A DNA stretch of 51,051 bases, counting the filler, from Sphacelaria rigidula (taxonomy: Eukaryota): assembly GCA_964200075.2 (NCBI GenBank). It is 3 parts of 3 records of this genome, joined end to end, with 100 filler letters (N's around TTAATTAATTAA, not from the genome) between each part and the next. Parts side by side here need not be neighbours in the genome. Positions count along the whole stretch, not along the records: positions 17,053 to 34,003 come from CAXNAA020001205.1; positions 34,104 to 51,051 come from CAXNAA020001206.1; 1 more part is not named here. One strand, 5' to 3'. The translations under genes were made by a program, and so were the position numbers. Each line of letters opens with the position of its first letter. Position 1 is the stretch's first letter. Positions 22,721 through 34,170 of this stretch are shown piece by piece. The notes under the pieces were generated by a model. It ran no database searches. It was not told the origin of the DNA and saw nothing but the letters and a program-made list of their open reading frames with translations.

Positions 22721-25433
22721 CGCCCTGCGCGCGAAGAAAACCTCCCATTGTCGGTAGTTTTCTTCTGTAATCCAGCAGCCCGAATGTGTAGTAGACACAC
22801 GAAGGACACGGGCGATGAGCTTCCTCTCCGCTATTGCTCATCCGGTGGCATCGTCATCGACACGTGTGCACCTGCTGAGCTTTCAACAGAAACAAACAGC
22901 CCGAAAATGATTTCGTTTTTCGAACATGTTCGACGCCGCGATGTAGAACCCCATTCCGAGGAGGCCTGTCTGGTACTTGCTGCAATGGTAGCGATGGGGA
23001 ATTCGAGGGTGAAGGTGTCCGATAGTGTTACATCTGTGGCGACGTACGCCGTCCAACCTGTCCCTCTCATCTCTCACCGCCTCGGGGAAAGGATACAGGT
23101 CCGGTTGATGTACCCACACCGGGGCCGTCAAGATCCTCGTGAGGACATGAGGATTTTGACGAAGGTATTGCTTTCGTTTCTCCTCGGGTCTCGAGCCAAC
23201 CGATATTTCAAGGTCAACGAGGGTGACAGTCACCCTGTACAAGTACACAGGAAAAAACTAGCTCATATCCCTCGGAAAACGAAAAATGGATGTGTCTCAC
23301 CAACGCTTCTCCATTCGCCGGGCATGTGCCGCAGTCAGCTTTTGAAAAAAGACGTCACTGACCATCATCGGGAACATGTCGCAGACGGTTCTTGATGCAC
23401 GCTCGGAAACTCTACAGTCGGCACATGTTGCTGGGAGACACAAGCCGTCCACATAACACACGCCGTAATGTCGTATCATGGAGACATCACGGGAAATAAC
23501 CTGTTGAGGGTAAACGCACATTTTTGTGCTGTAGTGCGTGAAAAGCTTGATATTTCAAGCACTGAACCGTGCGATTGTTCATCACAATCGAATATCGTTG
23601 GATCAAGAGAAAGGCCCAGCCAGGCCGCGAAGCTGTTTACTTGTAGGACCCCCGACAATCGTACCACCCGTGCGTAGCTCAAAATTTCTTCGAGAAAATC
23701 ACTGCCCACTCGGAATCAGTTTCAGGTACTAACACCCCTCAATTCCGAAATATTTGGCAACAAACATTAACCGTGAGAAGTCCTGGTCACCAAAAAATAG
23801 AAAAAGAAAAAGTGTCACTGACTCGCAACGTCACCAGTCGCTGGGGGTTCCTCTTTCTTTCAGGTTCCACTATTTTGTAGGCTGCCCGGCTGCTGAAAAT
23901 TGCCCTTGACTCATGGGGAAAGAAAAAAAACTCGTGTACAATGGTATTTTGTTTCATTATGCCCTATGCATTGTCCATACCAAATTTTAGGGTCCAACTC
24001 TAAACATTGGCCGGCTAATGGGCCGTTTAGTGGCGGGGTCGGTAGAAATTCGAAACAATATTTTGGAGGCCACTTACCGGCCCACGTTTGGTGTCTATGT
24101 ATTGAAAATTTGTGTGGGCCGTGGCTAGGGCACAATTCAGAAAACGAAGTGGTTGATTTTTTTTTTCTTCTTCACTGGTTTAGGGCGTTTCAGTGTGGTG
24201 GAGACCATTTTTTTCACGAGAACGCCTGAACCTCTCCAAAATAAAAAAGGGGAAGGATTTTTGTTTTGGAATACCTTCATGGTTCTCCATGCTAAGTTTC
24301 AAATCACGATTAAAAAAATAGAGCTCAGAAAGCTTGTGTTAGTTTGTACAGTAGAAGTTGAGTACAAGACTGGGCAGCGTTAGTTGGGGAGGATCTGCAG
24401 GTTGCAGGCCCTTACTACCCTCTATTTCCGAGTTGGACTCTAAAACATTGTACGGGGCATGAAGAGAGCACAAAAAAGCACTTTTTTTCGGCCGAGAATT
24501 TTGTCTTGGCATGACTGCGCACATTTTACTTGAAAGTAGCTTTTGATTGTTGCCTTGAAGTCATGAAACAGCTAAAACATGGTCCCCACATATGTATGTT
24601 TTTTGAGTTCACTCCACTGGATCTTGACTGTTACCATGACGAATGGAAGAAAAGTAGTCGCTCATTCCCATATTTTTGAGATTATGCTGTAGGCTTTCCC
24701 CGTACCAAATTTCGAAGCCCAGCAATTTTGATCTGATAATGGACTGTTCAGAACCCGGGAGGGTTGAGATTCGGAAAAGCATCTTGCAGGTCTCTCACCA
24801 GCCCACGAGCGATGAAGCCCAGCGACGACGACACGACGTACACTCAAAATCATTGCAACGTTTCACCGCCGGAACAACGCCTCATTGGGGAAATTAGTGT
24901 TATGATTTATTCCGTAGCCGGAATCCTAAATGCCTCTTACGGTTTCCAAGAGCAGGTTGAAACGGTTCTTCGTTCAACATCTCTCGATCTCAACCCTGGC
25001 GGAAAGCTCGGGACGGCAAGCGGTGATGCCGCCGAATATCGTGACAGAAGTGGGACGTAATTGGGAAAAAAATGTTTGCGCACGTGGTACAGTCGTACCG
25101 GATATGGTACGCAACGACTATTACACTGCATGGCGACCTATACACCCACGAAATAAAATCCGCCCCCAAATCCAACAAAAGAATAAAGGCCTACACACAT
25201 CACCACTCGATCACTGGCAACCATGTTTCACGGGTGCGTAATGAGCATAGCCCTACACTCAGTAGCATATGAATCTAACATTGAACAAGAGTACGAATGC
25301 TTACTGCGAATGCAGGAGTAAATATGGCACAACTCGTCATCAGTCAGAGACTTCCTTTCTACCCCCCCCCCTCCACTCCAGCCCTCACGGCGCACCTCCG
25401 CCTCGCCTCCGCCGCCACTGCAAACTCGCATCG

Positions 25434-26990
25434 TCACTGCGTGTTGACAAACCCGGGCTCGATGTCCAGGATGTTGTGGTGTGCCTTGTGATTCTTGCGC
25501 ATCTCCTCGGGGACGTCGATATATACATGTTTGATTTGCGCCATCTCACGGTACGCCCCCGGCAGTAATCTCGAGTGCGTCGCGCAAAGCGTCGTACTCG
25601 GCCTAGCGTCAAAATTGCGACGCGGCACAAAGACGTGACGATATATGAGCATGTAGGTTTTTTTGGCACCTCGTCATTAATCTTCCACCTTGAGTGCTGC
25701 TTCGATATCCCCCACAAATATTAGATTCCAACCCCTGAAACCTCTCGGTGGCACTTGGGCGATAGCACCAGAATGTCGCCACGGCTTTCTACGATGTGCT
25801 GAAGTGCCGTTCTCTTGTCCCAGAAATCCGGCAACTTGCCCAGGACGGTTGCCATGTTCTTCTCCGGCGCCACCTTCTCTCCCGTCCTCATCTTGTCCAC
25901 TCACAATCCGCACTCCCATTATACCTGCCTCATACCCTTCGCTTTACCAACGTAGTCCTCTTTCACCCACTCCTCCGTTGCTTCAGTTACGCTAGTTGCT
26001 AACCCCGTTCTCCCGCCTTCTGAAACGAGAGCACTGCCCTTTTTCGATGTTTACTCTCGTGCCATTTTCGTGTCCATGGTGGGGACATCCATATCGTAGA
26101 AAGGTGGGGGGTCACCCGGCTGAAACGTCATGCGTTGCGTTTGACCTACGGCGAGCTTTCCACGCCGTGGGTGTGGCTCTTCTCATTGCTTCACTTTTGT
26201 CCGGATTTATACATGGTCGCCTGCGCGCTACCCCAACACCCTTCCGTCATTATGGTATCTCGTAGTGTCTTCTGCTTACCCCCGTATTTGACGTTCATGT
26301 TGGATGTATGCAATCCATCGTCACGCATTTTCGCGTGTCACGCGCAGTGGTCCACCTCGAACACTAATATTTCCTTGTCGTGTTTCATGACCTCTAGAAC
26401 ATCCATGCCATCCACCACCTGTTGCTCGAACTGTTCGAACTCCCAATAGCCACCTTTGTTTTTACCGAAAACAACATGTCGCGTGCCTGGGATCCTTTTC
26501 AGCGCCGAGCGGCCCCGTTCCCCGCGAAACTCGTTAACCCGCTCTAGCTGATCTTTTGGCAGAGGCAAACCGAAGCCGCGCGTCTCGTCCTCGAAAACCG
26601 GAATCATCTCTTCCGCCCCCTCCAAACGGGATACCTGCGGACGTGAAAACCTGTTTTTCCCGAGGGGGTGAATTGCAGAGTAGAGGTGTTTTTCTTCGTC
26701 TTCAGCCCCGTGATCCGGGGACCAAGGTAGGAACCACGCCAGCTGAACCTGCCGGAAATTCTACCATCCCTCCTCCGCCCACCCCGTTCCAGACATACTT
26801 GCTCTCGGCTGGAAAAAACCGCGGGTGCAGCGGAATCCGTCCCGCTAATTTGGAGTCCTTCCTGGCGTAGCCACTCAAGCCTTCGCTCCTCGATGCAGTC
26901 GAGTTTAGCGAGGTTGTTCAGCGATTTCCCTGCGGAATGTAGCAAGCGAGGGTAAATTCGCCGCGGTGGGTTACACAACAGCGCCACTGA
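25434..26990 (-). pseudogene. Degenerate IS630/Tc1/mariner-superfamily DDE transposase
   Basis: Motifs occur in order: RGFGLPL, FGKNKGGYWEFEQF..Q..D..D, FEVDH(C)A*HAK..DDGL...MN..YGGKQ..LRDT, VLGKLPDF...RTALQHIVESRGDILVLSPKCHREVSGVGI*YLWGISK, RRFARRTRDY and KAHHNILDIEPGF. This matches the eukaryotic Tc1-like family with PK.H.EL..IE..WG. The presumed catalytic Glu codon is TAA (25721-25723), and there are frameshifts. Confidence 0.7.
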
Positions 26991-27304
26991 TGCATGCCGG
27001 TGTACATGTTACCTTTGAAGAAGGTTGTAAGCGAGGGAGCACCAGCCATAACAGAGTGACAGACTGTGACTCAAAGAGGAGTGAGGCAGCTGTCATACCG
27101 TGCGGACGGCATGGTGCACGCCCTGCAACGCGCCCTGTGCGATGGTGAACGACGCCGTCTACAGAACGTCACATCGGGCGACAACACTGGCCGTACCCGA
27201 ACCTCATCATGTAAAGTGTGGAGTATGGCGTCGCTTTGAAGCTGCGGGAAGAAGCAGCTGCACGCGCAGCAGCAAAAGCATACACATGACCTGTCATGAC
27301 TTAC

Positions 27305-27614
27305 CTCCGCGAGTCTCAGGTTCCTTATGGGGGGTGGTCGTCGCCCACCCGTGGCACGCGATCATAAGCGGGCTGACCCTTCCCTCTTCCCAGGATAACC
27401 GCAACTCCTCAGCCGCTGCCTCGGCCTCCTCGCATTCATCGAACCCCCGCAATATTTTCCGTTCAGTCTTCTTCCCTTTCGATGGCGTGTACCAGAGACC
27501 TATACGATACGATCCTCTGGTCCTGTCCTCTGTCACACGAGGCGTAGAAGTCTTCCTCCATAGCTTTTCAGCCGCGGGAGAACTAGGTTGCCTATTCTGC
27601 TTGTTCGAGTCCAT
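27305..27614 (-). CDS. Putative exon encoding an AP2/integrase-arm-like small DNA-binding module (copy B)
   Basis: 76-aa ungapped similarity to copy A (28/76 identical). It ends at a G|GTAAGT donor, and an in-frame TTTCCTGCAG acceptor lies upstream at 27717. The fold assignment is inferred. Confidence 0.4.
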
Positions 27615-28302
27615 GGTGTTTACTCGAGGGGTGATGTTGCTGTTGAGTGAATCCCCTGTGGAATGTGACAGTGAATTGGATGCCGGCGTCGTGGATAACA
27701 GTTCCTTTGGGTGAAGCTGCAGGAAAGCAGCAGTAATTCCGTCCAGGGCAAATTATCGCATAACGAACCACGTCACACGAAGACTACCTAACCCCTTGTT
27801 TGAGGCTATCCCACGTATCATCATCGGAAGGGTGATGTCTTGCATCATGTTTTAGCAGCAGGAAGGAGCAGCAGGCGTTGCGCAGTTGCACCCCTATACA
27901 CGGCGCTGCGCAACAGCACGCCCAGTACCACTCGTGAAAACACTACTCATATGCATTCGCAAACTGCAGAAGGCAGGCGAAGCGTGCGACTGGACGACTC
28001 GAAAGTACCGTACAGGCAATAACACCCTCGTTGTGCAAATATCTGTACGGCACTTGCTGACGGACACCGTTGAGAACATGAGCTGAAACGGAAGTGAAGC
28101 AGCAGTCGTTGCGCATTGCATGTCACGCAAGAAACCTTTCGCTAATGACTATCGACATCCCCTGTAGAACATCACCCCCGGCGAGAAGATGTAAACCGAC
28201 CGCGACTGCTGCCACGGAGAGGGTAGTTTCTAACGTCATATGCGTAGTACAGAATATAGCAGCAACAACAGCAGTAACGACGTACAGCCTCCAAGGACTT
28301 AC

Positions 28303-28616
28303 CCCAAGGGAGCGACTGATTGCTGATGAGCTGAGCTCGTTATTGCTGCTGGCAAGCTGCCATGAGTGGGCCGACCCCTCCTTCTTCCCTCCCAGTTTGA
28401 TCTCCACCCCTCGACAGCTCGTTCCGCCTGTTGCCGTGTTTCGAAACGCAGAGATTTCTTCCGCCCTGGCCTTTTGCCCTTTGCTCGTGTGAACCTGAGC
28501 GAGAGGTGATTCTTTCTAGACGTTATCTCTACATGAACAGTGGGCGCGGTAGTCTTTGACCATGGGTGTCCGCCCGAGGAAGAACTGGGCGGCGTGTTGT
28601 CGTTGTTCACGTCCAT
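28303..28616 (-). CDS. Putative exon encoding an AP2/integrase-arm-like small DNA-binding module (copy A); frame open upstream to about 28907
   Basis: Paralogous to 27305-27614 and also ends at a G|GTAAGT donor. Confidence 0.4.
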
Positions 28617-30730
28617 CGTCAGTACCAGCTTGTGCGGCAGCTGTGGCCACTTGCTCTTCAAATTTCTAATTCCACCGCATTTTTGCCGGCTCAACACAAC
28701 ACCCGACGGTTTCAGATTCGTTTGTTTTTTCTTGAACGCAACTCGCAAGCGTCTTAACTCTAGTGTAGGATTGTCGGGATGGCGAACAAGGCATGAGCCC
28801 AAGCAGTAGAGCAGATGGGCATTTGCTCCTTGATGAGACGGTTGACTTGATACGAGGATCACGGCCTGATTCGTTTCCGGTGATGAGATATTGCTGTGAC
28901 AGCTCAAGTCCGCTTTTCGGCTGGCTCAGCTCGTACTCGACCGTTGACGATCTCGGGCTTGTCGTGAACACAAGAGTCGAAGTTCATTTCCCACCACTTC
29001 ACAACGAGGTAACAAACGGACCAAATGTGATTCCCGGGGTTCTTGTAAACGAGCCATGTGCACACTCTCCGGGAGAAGAAAAAACATGTCTACTCCATTT
29101 CTCACGTTGTTCAAGGGATTGACACAAAACCACGTGTTCCTCGAGAAAAGCCGCGGGTCGGACGTGGTGGGTACTTCATGAGTCTCGTTCGGTTCGACCG
29201 GTTGCTTAGGGGTCCACGGCGCGCCCGTGTCGACCGGCGTCCACAAGTAACCCGCTGAAGCCGAACGAATTCCAAATAGCACCTCCAGTAGAACGGAAGA
29301 ACCCACGGTTTCGTTCTAGTACACGTTCGTGAAACCTTGTGTCTCAACGCTTACAGCGTGACTTCGTCCCTGGACATGCCTGTGGGCGAAATCATTCCTG
29401 TTTGTAAAGTTTCTTCGCGCTTCTTGTCTTTGCCCCGGTCGGAGCTCGATCTTGACACGAAATTCCACGCACTTATCACCCTTTTCATTTCTCATACAAG
29501 GAAGCGAAGAAACCTCACGCCTCCAATTCCGAGTCATTCGACGCCACAGGGCTTCCTCGAGGTAGTTCACTACATGGGAGGTAATAATCGCGAACACGCT
29601 CCCCATCGTAAAACTCTTCCCACACATCTATCGCAGCACCCGATGGACCACGAGGATGAGCCCGTGTTCAGCCCTTTCCACGCGCCGAGCAAACTTCCGG
29701 TCTGCATATCTGCATGAACAGCTGCTTGGTGTTGAATTGAGTCCAGTCAAGACCGGCTTACAGCCTTAGCCTGCCCCGACTCCTGCCCAGTCACCCCTGA
29801 GGTAAACAGTGCATTCTCATCGAGACGAATGACTCCAACGGGGGCATCCTTGTGTGGAGCTCGATGGAGTCTGCGCAGAATCCGTCGAGCTCTACACAAG
29901 GATCTCTCCATCGAAGTGTCCCCTCTCGATGAGGGTGCACTGCTTGCTTGAGGGGTGACCGGGCAGGCGCGGGAGGCCAAGGATGGAAGTACGTGTTCAC
30001 TGCACTCTAGTCAAGATACGAGCGACTGGGCATGCGGTTATGCAGGCACAGGATCCATACATGGGGATGATTTAGGGGTGGATGAAACTATCCGCGCCGT
30101 GCGCCATTACGGCCGAGCGTTCAAGATCGGCACCCACCAAACACTGAGGACCCGTTTAAAATTAGGCGAAGAACTAAAACATGGGACATGTCCCGTTTCA
30201 CTGTACTGCAGCACGAAGACACTCACGTCCTCTCTGCGGTAGCCAGCACTGTACTGCGGTGTGTTCAGAACTTGCGAAGACCGGTTGATCTCCCCGTTGA
30301 GACTGCCCGGGTTGCTTTATGTTGTCATCGTCTCTCTGTAAAATCTAGTATCAGTCGGGACGCAGCGCTGTCTACACACCGAGTGTCGAAATATCCAGAG
30401 GGTGTTGACTGTTTCGTCTCCCGTAAAATGAGCAAGGTGCTACTCAGACCCATCATTTGTGCTATACCGAACATGGCTGGGTGAAGACACATGACCAGCG
30501 CCGGTTTACACCGCTCGACCGGCTGGGGCAGACCTCGTGCTTCGATGAAAAGAGCAACCCACAGCACAGTGCGGATACACTTCACCGCAAGGGTACTAAT
30601 TGCACCCGTCAGCATGGCGGCTGCTGCCGCTGGAATCGCCGCCAGTTCTCGTGGCCACGGACATACTAAGATGGGGGATATACCGATACACGAGCATCGC
30701 AGTGACCCCTACGGCGGCAATGTCCCACTC

Positions 30731-31545
30731 GCTGTCTGTTTTTGCAGCTTCGTTTCTTTGCTGTTGCTTTGTCCGTCCCAGCCCGACAGTTTACGAGTAG
30801 TTTCTGAAATTAGAACTCATTTGATACCTTCAGAACGACTGTCAAATGCTGACAGAAAGTGCCTTTTCTCGCGGTCCCATCAGGTGTGGAAAGAAGGATG
30901 CCTCGGCTTTTTGGAGTCGTGGGACATATTACGGAGGACGGGCTGCTTCGAAATGATTCTTCGTCTTCAGCCCCGTGATCCGGGGACCAAGGTAGGAACC
31001 ACGCCAGCTGAACCTGCCGGAAATTCTACCATCCCTCCTCCGCCCACCCCGTTCCAGGCATACTTGCTCTCGGCTGGAAAGAACCGCGGATGCAGCGCTG
31101 TCTGTTGCTCTGTCCGTCCCAGCCCGACAGTTTACGAGTAGTTTCTGAAATTAGAACTCATTTGATACCTTCAGAACGACTGTCAAATGCTGACAGAAAG
31201 TGCCTTTTCTCGCGGTCCCGTCAGGTGTGGAAAGAAGGATGCCTCAGCATTTTGGAATCGTGGGACATCTTACGGAGGACGGGCAGTCTTCGAAATGAAT
31301 TCTTTCATCTTGTGACCCGTGTAGCGTTTCCGGTAACGGACATCCAAGGCCGAACGTGGATGGGTGCACTTCATTTAGGTTTGATACTCATCGCTTCATA
31401 CAAATCCCACATATGTATGACAAATAGGGTGGTCGCTAATTTCACCTCTGACCGAAACTGAGGAGGTTGTTTCCTGTCAGCTTTTGAAAGTCGTTCTGAA
31501 GGTATCAAATTAGTTCGGATTTCAGAAGCTATTCGTACCCGTGTG
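30731..31545. repeat. Local rearrangement: direct duplication (about 30731-30956 and 31097-31300) around a 141-bp captured fragment, plus an inverted partial third copy (about 31470-31545)
   Basis: The long block GTCCGTCCCAGCCCGACAGTTTACGAGTAGTTTCTGAAATTAGAACTCATTTGATACCTTCAGAACGAC occurs twice. Its core reappears as a reverse complement (GTCGTTCTGAAGGTATCAAAT). Confidence 0.9.
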
Positions 31546-31599
31546 GCTACAGTGTACGGGAGGAGATAGCTACAGGTAATCAGTAACAACGAATGTGTA

Positions 31600-32600
31600 T
31601 GGGTTGCTTTCAGCTAGACTCCTTGAAAGCTAGCTCAACGCATCTCAGACCAGACTTATTTGGCCAGCGCTTGACGGCGTGGGCCACAAATGAAAACGGC
31701 AAGTGGTTCGTATGATTTCAGAACGCTCTTGCTCTCGATGGAATCATGTCTAGCGTCAAGCCAAAGCTGGTGATAGCCTCCGCAGAGTCGAACACTAGAA
31801 CGAACCACCCCTCCCCACGCGCACCAGCTGTACATCGCATAAGCTGCGGTACATAGATTACGGTATGAGAGACCCCATGTGGGCCATGCCAGCGGCAGCT
31901 AACCCACCGCCAGAGGTATCTTGTTCCACTCTGGATGCCGAGAAAGTCTCCATGGGCGTGTAATCTCTACTACATTCCCCCAACCCGGATAAGTACGACT
32001 GTTGTCCTTGCGCCAAGCGTGGGGCAAAATCAACGATGACGCTCCCCCCACACACGCGATTGGATCTTCGCTGGGAGGTTACTTCCCGGTACGTGTGTAT
32101 ATGACAAGGGAGTAGCGGCCAAAGGAACATCGCCCTGTTTTTCGACGACGTGTTCTGTAGCGCACAGAGTCACGCCCTGTCCAAACAGAGGGGCAGGAAG
32201 GAATCGATATTTTGATTTGGTCAGCGCCACAGACGAGACACGAATAAATCAGTCAAGATGCGGCAACCCCGTTTATTTCTGTGGGCGTTATTTTCTCTGG
32301 GACTATCCACCGAGCCGCCTGACATTCTTGTGCCGAAGAAAGTTCTAGTAAATTGAGTAGGCGGTAGTAACATGATGCTGATCTCTCCAGCGATTGGGAA
32401 TCGTCGAACGAAGACACCCCAAGGGCACGGGCGAGGAGCTTCCTCTCTGCCATCGCTCCTCCGGTGGCGTTGTGATCGACGTATGTGTACACCGCAGTCA
32501 TTAGGTGCACCTAGCCACACCTGCTTACCTTTGAAAAAAAAAAAAAAGCGACAATGCTTTCGTTTTTCAAACCATCTGGAAAGAGTTGTCAAAAGTTCAA
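31600..32600. repeat. Unclassified coding-like repeat family; other fragments at about 15050-15440, 20570-21060, 21460-22085 and 22247-23000
   Basis: Shared blocks include GGAACATCGCCCTGTTTTTC.ACGACGT, AGCGCACAGAG, CCTGTCCAAA.AGAGGGGCA, GAGCTTCCT and GAGGTATCTTG. The translations share FL.APLFGQ...LCA...VVEKQGDVP. Confidence 0.75.
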
Positions 32601-33930
32601 CGGGGAGTTTAAACCTCATTTCAAAGTTCAACGTATTTGTTTTTCGAGGACATTCTGCCAACTCTTCATCCGGCGAATATCGGTGGGACAAACAGGTCCT
32701 TCACAGAACAGGTTTCCTGTTTTTGTATCACGGGTACAATGCGGGGAAAGATCCTGTTGTGGAGTGTTAAAAAAAAAATTCGGTCCAGTTCAATCACGCT
32801 TTTTGGCGGTATCGCACGAACAGCTTGAAACTTCGAAAAATGTATCGTGCAATTGAGAACATGTGGAATCCGTTTAAACAAACGAAGAAGTATCAGCTAG
32901 GACCTGGCGCTGTGTGCACGTAGGACCAACGATCACCGGTTAGCCCGTAAGTCGCACAGAATTTTTTGTAGGAAATCATTATTTATCGAAAAGTAGTGTC
33001 GGGTGCTAACATATTCCAGTCTCCCAAGGTTTGAAAACAGATATTTACCGCGGCGAGTCTTGGTAACCGAAACAGCGTGAGAACACCGTTTGAAACCGAA
33101 CATCATTCGTCTGAATAATGACACCTGTATGTAATATTTTGAAGTCACAAGTGGAACGCTATAGCCCTGGCCACTCTCTCTGTGGTGGCAATAGTACCAT
33201 CGATGTTCCTCATGAAACCAGCTTGTTTAGAGCTAAGTGTAAAATCTTTGGAGTCGCGAGTCGAATGCTAACCTTGGTCACTCCCTCTGGTGGTCAAAAG
33301 GACTGTTGACTTTCTTCGCGCAACCATCTTGAACAGAACTAGTAGCGAAAGTTTGAAGTCACATATCGAATGCCAAGCGTGGTTACCCCCTCTGGTGATG
33401 AAGGAACAGCCGACTTTCTTGGTTAAACCAGCTTGTACACAGCTAGAAGTATGCCTACGAAGCTTCCGTTACAACTTGAGAAAAAAAGTGCGACCAGGTG
33501 CTCTCGTTCCGACGGAAACTGTACACCGTACGCACAACAAAACAGGGAGTGCCGATAACTTCGTCCCCCCCCACAAGAAGAAGATGCACTCACCGACAGC
33601 CGCCCAATTAGGCCCACACGAGATCCCTACATACTATTCCTTACATAATATTAACAGTACCGTAGTACATCACTGACGTCGAACGGGAGACTGTCTCGGC
33701 CGTCGTCCACCCACGCCTTCCCCTTGCCATCAGTCCACAAGTCCTCGTCTGTATCGTCGCTTCCTTCGCCATGATCAGCAGACGCCATGTAGACTCCGAC
33801 TTGACTACTGCCGTGTTGCCCGCGCAGCCCTGGCGAGAAACACGAAGATTCATGGCCAGCGGCGGCGAGGGAGGGCGAGGATCAACATTTTTCGACGTCA
33901 GGGAGACTGAGAGCAAAATGTACCCGGACA

Positions 33931-33998
33931 GGGGGGGGGGGGCGTACTCATTTGTTGCTTGCCTTAGTCATTTGACCATTGACCACGCATCCCTTTCG
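33931..33998 (+). repeat. About 75-bp poly-G-flanked interspersed repeat at the contig end
   Basis: Nearly identical to 17093-17154. Confidence 0.85.
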
Positions 33999-34003
33999 TC
34001 CAG

Positions 34004-34103
34004 NNNNNNNNNNNNNNNNNNNNNNNNNNNNNNNNNNNNNNNNNNNNTTAATTAATTAANNNNNNNNNNNNNNNNNNNNNNNNNNNNNNNNNNNNNNNNN
34101 NNN
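34004..34103. other. Artificial contig-joining spacer N44-TTAATTAATTAA-N44
   Basis: Same 100-bp structure as 16953-17052. Confidence 0.98.
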
Positions 34104-34137
34104 TCCCTCCCCCCCCCGTCGCCCCCCCGCTGCCCCC

Positions 34138-34170
<33 letters not shown>

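Noticed and set aside
24660-25300. Fanzor/TnpB cargo next to the Tc1-like transposase
   Set aside because: No RuvC motifs (D.G, E.L, RD.NA) or matching Zn finger are recognisable in the short ORFs here.
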